Source: the human T2T-CHM13v2.0 reference genome, Homo sapiens
Reading direction: 5' to 3' (one strand)
Length of the DNA: 64,000 nucleotides
Assembly: GCF_009914755.1 (NCBI RefSeq)
Contig: NC_060926.1
Shown here: positions 55,522 through 64,000 of the stretch, piece by piece
Layout: every line of letters begins with the position of its first letter
Position numbering within the stretch: position 1 is the first letter of the stretch
Notes under the pieces: model-generated
What the model saw: the letters and a program-made list of their open reading frames with translations, nothing else
What the model was told of the DNA's origin: nothing
Database searches by the model: none
Made by a program: the position numbers and the translations under genes

Positions 55522-56452
55522 ATCTATTTATTTATTTATTTATTAAATATTTTTTAGTTTATCTTGCTGTTCTTTTTTTTATACTTTAAGTTCTAGGGTA
55601 CATGTGCACAACGTGCAGCTTTGTTACATATGTATACATATGCCATTTATGCAGCCAACAGACACATGAAAAAATGCTCATCATCACTGCCCATCAGAGA
55701 AATGCAAATCAAAACCACAATGAGATACCATCTCACACCAGTTAGAATGGTGATCATTAAAAAGTCAGGAAACAACAGGTGCTGGAGAGGATGTGGAGAA
55801 ATAGGAACACTTCTACACTGTTGGTGGGACTGTAAACTGGTTCAACCATTGTGGAAGACAGTGTGGTGATTCCTCAAGGATCTAGAACTGGAAATACCAT
55901 TTGACCCACTATCCCATTACTGGGTATATACCCAAAGGATTAGAAATCATGCTGCTATAAAGACACATGCACACGTATGTTTATTGCGGCACTATTCACA
56001 ATAGCAAAGATTTGGAACCAACCCAAATGTCCATCAATGGTAGACTGGATTAAGAAAATGTGGCACATATACACCATGGAATACTATGCAGCCATAAAAA
56101 AGGATGAGTTCATGTCCTTTGTAGGGACATGGATGAAGCTGGAAACCGTCATTCTCAGCAAACTGTCGCAATGACAAAAAACCAAACACCGCATGTTCTC
56201 ACTCACAGGTGGGAATTGAACAATGAGAACACTTGGACACAGGGTGGGGAACATCACACACCTGGGCCCGTCGTGGGGTGGGGGAAGCGGGGAGGGATAG
56301 CATTAGGAGATATACCTAATGTAAATGACGAGTTAATGGGTGCAGCACACCAATATGGCACATGTATACGTATGTAACAAAACTGCACGTTGTGCACATG
56401 TACCCTAGAACTTAAAGTATAATAATAATAATGATAAAAAACAACAGCAAGA
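55522..56452. mobile_element. L1PA4-6-type insertion with inversion and duplicated 3' end
   Basis: Minus-strand 3' end 55573-55646 fused to plus-strand 55644-56440; TSD TGGTCTGC(A/T)GTTTTT at 55507-55521 and 56453-56467. Confidence 0.88.
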
Positions 56453-56774
56453 TGGTCTGCTGTTTTTAAAATTTATACTGCCTTTTTCTGGTTTTGGTAA
56501 CAGGGTAATATTAACTTCATAAAATGAGTTGGGAGATGTTTTTTCCTCTTCTGCTTTCTGGAAGATATTGTGTAGAACTGGTGTTAATTCTTATTCAGTG
56601 TTTGGTAGTGAAATAATCAAGGCTTCGGAATTTCTTTTGTAGGAGTTTTATAACTACAGATTAAATTTTCTTGATAGGTAAAAGGTTATTCAAATATGTT
56701 TTTTATTGGGTAAGTTGTGATAGTTTGGTTTCTCCAAGGAATGGTTTTTCTGAGAATTTCTGAGAATGAAATTC

Positions 56775-57017
<243 letters not shown>

Positions 57018-59313
57018 TGATGTCTGTAGAGTCTGCAGTGATATCCTCTGTTTATTATTAGTATTGGTAATTTGTGTCTTCTCTCTTTTTATTTGTCAGT
57101 CTTGTTAGAAGTTTGACCATATTCTTGATATTTTTCAAAGAACCACCTCTTCCTTCCATTGATTTTATCTATTGTTTTCCTGTTTTCAAGTTTATTGATT
57201 TGTGTTCTTTGTTATTTTTTTTCTTCTGTCTGCTACAGGTTTATTTTGTTCTTTTTATGCTAAGTTCTTAAGATTGGAGCTTAGGTTTTTTATTCAAGTT
57301 TTTCCTTTTTTCCCAATTATATACGTTTAGTGCTGTAAATTTCCCTCTCAGCAGCTTTAGCTATGTGCCACAAATTTTTAATATGTTATATTTTCATTTT
57401 CATTCAGTTCAAGGTATTTTTAAACTTCTCTTTAGACTGCATCTTTGACCCATGTATTATTTAGAAGTATGTTATTTTGTTTCCAAGTGTTTGAAGATTT
57501 TCCTGTTATCTTCTTGTTATTGATTTCTGGTTTGATTTCAATTGTGGTCAGAGAGCATGCTCTGTATGGACTTACTTTTTGTATCTATTGAGATTTGTTT
57601 TATGGTCCAGGATATGGTCTATCTCGGTGTATGTTCTCTGTGGGCACTTGAAAACAGTGTATATTCTGCTGTTTTAGGGTGGCGTATTCTATTAATGCCA
57701 ATTTGATACTTTTGGTAGATGGTTCTGTTAAGTTCTTCTATATCTTTGCTGATTTTCTGCCTAGTTTTATAAAATTTTGAGGGGTGACAGTGTTGAAGTC
57801 TCCAACTATAATTATGAATTTGTCTATTTTTCCTTTCAGTTTTATCAGTTTTTGCTTCAAATATTTTGTAGCTCTGTTGTTTGGTACATACATATTTAGG
57901 ATTTATGTATTTACACTTGATGGATTTACCCTTTTATCATTATATAATGTTCCACTTTTCTCTCACAAATTTGTTTGTTTTGATGTCTACTTTATCTGAT
58001 GTTAATATAGACAATTTTGCTTATTTTTATTTTTCCATTTACATGATATATCTTTTCCCATCCTTTAACTTTTAATCTGCCTATGTCATTATATTTGAAA
58101 TGAGTTTTTTCTTGACAGCAGTTATAGCATGTTTTAAAATTTACTTTGCTAATCCTTCTTTTATTGGGTATATTTAAACCTTTTAATGTTATTGTTCATA
58201 TGATAAGGCTTAAGTTTCCCATTTTATTTTTTGTTTTAAGTTTATTCTCTTTGTTAGTTTGAGTTTTTTCTTGCCTTCTTGTGAGTTACTTAAATAATTT
58301 TTTAGAACTCCATTTTGATTTATCTATGCTGTTTTTGAATGTCTCTTTTTGCATAGTTTTTTTTTAGTGGTTGTTCTAGGTATTACATTATATATACATA
58401 ACTTATCACAGTGTGCTGGTGTTTTCATTTTACTAGTTTGACTGAAGTATAGAAACTTTATCTACCTTTGCACATCTTTATCTTCTCCCACATCAGACAG
58501 TTTTATAATTTCTGCTTCAATCATCAAACATAATTTAGTAAACTCAAGAGGAAAAGGAAAGCCTAATATATATTTACCTATATTTTTGCTTATAGTAATC
58601 TTTCTTTCTCTCTCTTTTTGATGTCCCAGTATTTCTTCTTTAACTGCTTCATTTCTATTTATAGAATTTCCTTTAGCCATTCTTTTAGGGTAGGTTTGTT
58701 GGTGTCAAATTGTCTTAGTTTTCCTTTATCTGAGATTGTCTTCCTTTCTGGGTTGGCAGTTTTTTTCTCTTTCAGCACTTGAAAAATATTGTGCCACTTC
58801 CTTCAGGCCTCAGTGGTTTCTGATAAGAAATCCTCTCTCATTAGAGTTATTTTTCCTCTATTGGCAAGCTTTTCATCTGGTTGTCTTTAAGATTTTTTTG
58901 TCTTTAGTTTTCAAAATTTAATTATAATGTGTCTTGGTATAGATTTCTTAGGTTTTATCCTGTTTGGGGGTTTATTCAGCTTTCTAAATCTGTAGGTTTA
59001 TGTCACTTGGCAAATTGAAGGAATTTTTGCCTTTATGTCTTTAACTACTTTTTCAGTCCTATCCTTTTTCTTCTCTCCTTCCAGGACTCCAGTAACATGA
59101 ATGTTAGATCTTTTGTTACAGTTCCATAAGTCCTTAAGGCTCTGTATATTTTTAAAGTTAATTTTCTCTCTTTTATTCATATTGGCTAGTTTCATTGTTC
59201 TATCTTCCAGATCATGAATTCTTTCCTACATCCCTCCATTCTGCTGTTGAGCCCATCTACTGAGTTTTTTATTTATTATATTTTTCAGTTCCAAAGTTTA
59301 CATTTGGTTGCCT

Positions 59314-59314
<1 letters not shown>

Positions 59315-59353
<39 letters not shown>

Positions 59354-59630
59354 GATGGAGTTTCACTTTGTCGCCAGGCTGGAGTGCAGTGGCTAGATCT
59401 TGTCTCACTGCAATCTCTGTCTCCTGGGTTCAAGCGATTCTCCTGCCTCAGCCTCCTGAGTAGCTGGGATTACAGGCATGCGCCACCACACCCAGCTAAT
59501 TTTTGTATTTTTGGTAGAGACAGGGTTTCACCATATTGGCCAAGATGGTCTCCATCTCCTGACCTCGTGATCCGCCCCCCTTGGCCTCCCAAAGTGCTGG
59601 GATTACAGGTGTGAGCCACTGCCCCTGGCC
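59315..59630 (-). mobile_element. AluSc-like with (TA)n tail
   Basis: gtcgccaggctgg; gacctcgtgatcc; (TA)n plus poly-T. Confidence 0.9.
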
Positions 59631-60028
59631 TATTCTTCTCTTTCCTTCCTGAGACTTTCTGTTTCTTTGCTGAGGTGTTCTGTTTTTTTCATGTTTGAAG
59701 TATATTTGTAATTTCTTATTGAAATATTTTTATCATACATGCTTTTAAATCTTTGTCAAATGCTTCTAACATCTCTGACCTCTTGATGGTGGTGTGTATT
59801 GGCTTTTTTATAATTCAGTTTGAGATCTTCTTGGTTCTTGCAAATCAGATGAATGATTTTCAATTAAAATCTGGACATTTTTGTTTTGCATTCTATAACT
59901 CCGGATATTCTCTTTTAGCTGGCTTTCTTTGATACTGCTATGGCAGGTTCCTTAGGTCCCAGGTCCCTGGTTAGTCTGCCTTCTTCTCTCCCCCTTTTAG
60001 AATCTTCTTATGCTTATTTTACATATAA

Positions 60029-60416
<388 letters not shown>

Positions 60417-60625
60417 TAATTTTAAACCATTACATGTAAGTTATTGTCTTTGTCACACATCAAATCAAAATAATATTTTTGTTTTATACAAACTGTTCTA
60501 GGGGCTATATAGCAGGTGGATTTGAGCATAACCCAAATGAAATCTGATAAATTTTGAAGTTATTGACAGAAATGAAAAGACATAGTGGTAGGGTGGATGG
60601 AGAGAAAGGGAGAATTCTAGGAATA

Positions 60626-60959
60626 CCATAATGTGCTGCATAATGATGTTTCAGTCAATTAGGGACCACATATGGGACAGTGGTCCCAAAAGATTACAAT
60701 ATCATATTTTTACTGTACATTTTCTATGTTTATATATACAAATACTTACTACTGTGTTACAGTTGTCTCCAGTATTTAGTACAGTAACATGCTGTACAGG
60801 TTTGCAGCCTAGGATCAATAGGCTATACCCTATAGCCTAGGGGTGTAGTAGGCTATGCCATCTAGGTTTGTGCAAGTACGCTCTATGATGTTTGCACAAC
60901 AAAGAAATCACCCAACACATTTATCAGGCATATCCCCAGTGTTAATCAATGTATGGCTG
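60626..60959 (+). mobile_element. Tigger3a (MER7A)-like DNA transposon
   Basis: tgcataatgatgtttcagtcaa...gtggtcccaaaagatta...tgtagtaggctatgccatctaggtttgtg...atggctg; TA at both ends. Confidence 0.8.
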
Positions 60960-60964
60960 TATTT

Positions 60965-61850
60965 AGGAGACAAAACAGATAGGACTAAGTGATTTTTTGA
61001 ATATAGGGAATGCATGAAAGGAAAGAGGCTAGACTGTTTTTTATATCTTGGGATCCAATATGGTGGGTTCATTATAAGACTGGGAACGCAGGAGGAGGAG
61101 TAGGTCTCATAAAGAGGAGAAGGAAGAAAGATATGTTTGGTTTTAGATACGTTGAGTTTGAGAGACTCACAGATCATCCAAGTGGAGTCGCCTATCAAGC
61201 AGTTATATATGCCGATGTAAAGAAGTATAGGGGAGAGGACAGAGCTGGTTCTACTTGTTTGAATGTCCTCAGCACAATATGGTAGTAAAACCATGAGAGA
61301 GGGAGTGACTTGGGTAAGAATAGAGAAGGAAGAGCAGTGCGCCAAGGAGCAGGAGCTTGAATGTGGAGGAATAAGAGGGAGGGGAGAGAGTGGAGAGAGC
61401 AAGTGCAGACCTGCTTCTCACAGTTTGGTGCACAGGGAAGGATAATGGTAGGAAAGGAGCTACATAGTGAGGATTAGTATTAATTTTTCACTATGCTTAT
61501 AAGAAGAAGAAAAACATACGGTAGGGAGGAAGTTGAAGATGTAGGAGAGACTGGTGGACCAAGGGGCAAGCAACCAACTGGGGATGTAGAGGAAGGACTG
61601 GCTTCAAGCCCAAGTCCAGATACTAGATCCTTTGAGTCTGGAGAAATGGAGGTGAAGATGAGGCAGATGTAGATAAATCTTCAGATGGGGAGCAGGAAAG
61701 GGAAGTCATTTATAGATGCCCACTCCAATTACCTTAATGAAGTGGGTGGTAGGTCCTCTCCTGGGATAAGAGCGAGGGGGAGCTTGGACATGATGCTAAG
61801 GACTTGAAAAGAGAGAAGGTGTTGCCTATGGACAAGGAAAGGGGTGTCGG
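60965..61850 (-). mobile_element. L2 fragment
   Basis: tttggttttagatacgttgagtttgag...catccaagtggag; purine-rich continuation. Confidence 0.65.
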
Positions 61851-62507
61851 TTGGGTCTGAGTTCTCAGCTTAGGTTGGACACATGGACCCTGCAGTGGCA
61901 GCCCCACTGTTAAGGACTAAGATGGTTTTCCAATCGAGTACACAAGTCAGCCCTAACCGTATTTTAATCTGTGTAATGTGGGCCAGAATTGATACGTTCT
62001 TGGCAACAGAAAAAAATGAATAAGACATCTTACTGATGGTTTTTCAATGCAGAAAAAAATGTTAATGTGAAATTTGCTCTACAAGACATTCATTTGTAAA
62101 TACCACTGGTAACAGACTTGTATGGTTTGTGTTGTATAATTAGTGTGAAAGAAAGAAAGGAATTCCATGAATTGCCTATATTTCACTGCTTGGGCACCGA
62201 ATCAACTGAGGTCAGGTAATAATAAGCAGTCTTGCTACCAGCCTTATTCATTGAATCATCTCTTAGGTTGCCAAGACAATGCTCTTCTTTATGCCACATG
62301 GAGGCCTAGCCTCTGTGATTGTAGGAACTCCTGCCAACTCAGCTCTTGGCTTGGTGACCCGAGGGTTCTCAGGCCACATCCTCAGAGACAGCCGGTGCCA
62401 CGGACACATCCGTTGTCTTGTTGCCACACGATAGCTATTGAAAACCCCAAAGTGGAGACTCACTGCAGAACCTCTATTCAGTCCACACAGAGCCCCAGGG
62501 AGAACAG

Positions 62508-62521
62508 GGCTGACGTCAGCC
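62508..62521. promoter_or_regulatory. Full palindromic CRE
   Basis: GGC-TGACGTCA-GCC, a 14-bp palindrome with the CpG intact. Confidence 0.35.
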
Positions 62522-62924
62522 TGGGAGGTGAGAAGCCCGAACCCAGAGAAGGCAGGCTGTGTTCCAGGACATGACAGTTTCTGTGGAGAGAAGATATATG
62601 TCCTTCTCTCTGCTAGAGCATGGCTAAAGCTGGAGGGGCAGTGAAGCTGAGCCCTCTAAGGAGTTCAGTTCATGCATTATTCAGGAGGTGGCCAAGAAAG
62701 GCTGAGATGGCAGAGGGAGACAGAAACAAATTTATATTTCAAGCTGAAGATTCCATTATGAAACCAAATTCTATTTAAATGAAGTCCTGAGTCTGGTCAT
62801 CCAAGTAAATCCAGGAGTAAGAGGAGCCCAGGGTGGTCCCTCTATCCCCAGGCAGTGTGAAGAGTCTGCTATTGGTCCTAAATTTGCTTGGATCATCTCT
62901 TCCTTTCACTAAAGAAAGAACAAA

Positions 62925-63140
62925 AACAGGCATTTATTGAATACCGTTTGTGGTTCGCCTTCTTGAACAGGCCTTCCTTAATCTTCACAACAACCTGTAA
63001 AGCAAAGATAAGCACTTACCTTTTATAGTAGAGGAGAGTGAGGAGTGGAGGGGGTTAAGGAACTTACCTACTGACAAATAAACATAAGTGGTGGGGCTGG
63101 GATTAGGACCCAGGTTTTGTGACATAGAAGCCTACAAATA
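62925..63140 (-). mobile_element. MIR
   Basis: gcatttattgaatacc...ttaatcttcacaacaacc...ggttaaggaacttacc. Confidence 0.7.
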
Positions 63141-64000
63141 CTCTTCCCCTTGTATCCAAAGAAACCAATAAAGTAATCTTCTCTGTGTTTCTTTCTGTTC
63201 AAGGTGCCCACTTATGCATCCTAAGAATTTGTAACTCAAGATTGAATGACCTCAGAGGGCAAGTGGGCATTTGCCCAATGGCTTAGAGGGTTGGAGGGTC
63301 ATTTTTCACTTTTATGGATTTTGGAAAAGGCACAACTCAATGTCTTTGAATTTGATGTTTCTCCCTGCCTAGAGCACTCATTTTATACTTGTTTATATCC
63401 TGATGCAGGTACGTCCTGGGAGACTGGACCTCAGTAGCTTCATCATTTCTGGAACGGGGACTTGAGGTATTGGTTTTTTGGGATCCAAAAGTCAGAACAC
63501 ATGGTCTAACGAAAGCCTGTTTATGATTTATAAACATGTATGTATAAAAGGAATAACAACCGAAACCCATCTACTTGCACAGGTTAATAAATGATTTTTA
63601 TGGAAGGGTTCACAATTATGAGTCATCCTGGCTGAATCTGCAGTAACAGCATCACGCTGAGAATGGGGGAATATTCAGGACACCCTTGCTGAATAGAACT
63701 CATTTTAATTGAGCTGCATGATGTCCTGACACACAGAAATGCCTTGCCAGCTTTTCAAGTGGATGTCCTGCCCCTGTTGCTGTCAAAAGATGCTACAAGT
63801 AGAAACACCTTCTGTTAATAATCCCGAGTGGGTCACGCATATTTTCCTTCAGTAGTCGTGCTAATACTCTCAGGAAGTGAGCCTCTTTGAAGCTACTGAA
63901 TCTCCTTCCCAGTCCCCAGGGCCTGGTGCTGGTCCCCTTGGCACACGGTCTCCAGGTACATCTCTTTGGGGTACCAGAGTGGCACGTCCCCTGCAATCTG

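Noticed and set aside
55621-56377. ORF2p-like ORFs (also 50515-50709, 53743-53997, 54975-55265)
   Set aside because: Short, interrupted remnants of truncated L1 copies; there is no intact ORF1 or ORF2, so no active element.
60908-61402. 164-aa minus-strand ORF
   Set aside because: Lies in decayed L2/Tigger sequence and has no recognisable domain.

Overview
Human genomic DNA (two AluYa5 copies, about 21 Alu elements, L1, L2, MIR, MaLR/ERVL and DNA-transposon relics). The only protein-coding sequence is the 5' end of TGFA (transforming growth factor alpha) on the minus strand. Exon 1 CDS 8483-8522 encodes MVPSAGQLALFAL-G. A second phase-compatible first exon at 7939-7996 encodes MFKIGRGALDLFSELLSFG-G. 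Both lie in a TATA-less CpG island (about 7400-9330). Bases 1-8482 are TGFA intron 1, and about 9-64 kb is repeat-rich upstream intergenic DNA. I found no new multi-gene system. The most notable signals are: a perfect zero-spacer p53/p63 element 43.6 kb upstream (52165-52184); a 'double-tailed' inverted L1PA insertion; a 47-bp twin-primed micro-L1; an L1 extreme-5'-end (YY1 site) fragment inside an AluJ; two near-identical inverted AluYa5 14.4 kb apart; and a poly(A)-tailed LTR-like hairpin fragment inside an Alu's TSDs. Repeat subfamily names come from remembered consensus sequences, and boundaries of old repeats are approximate.
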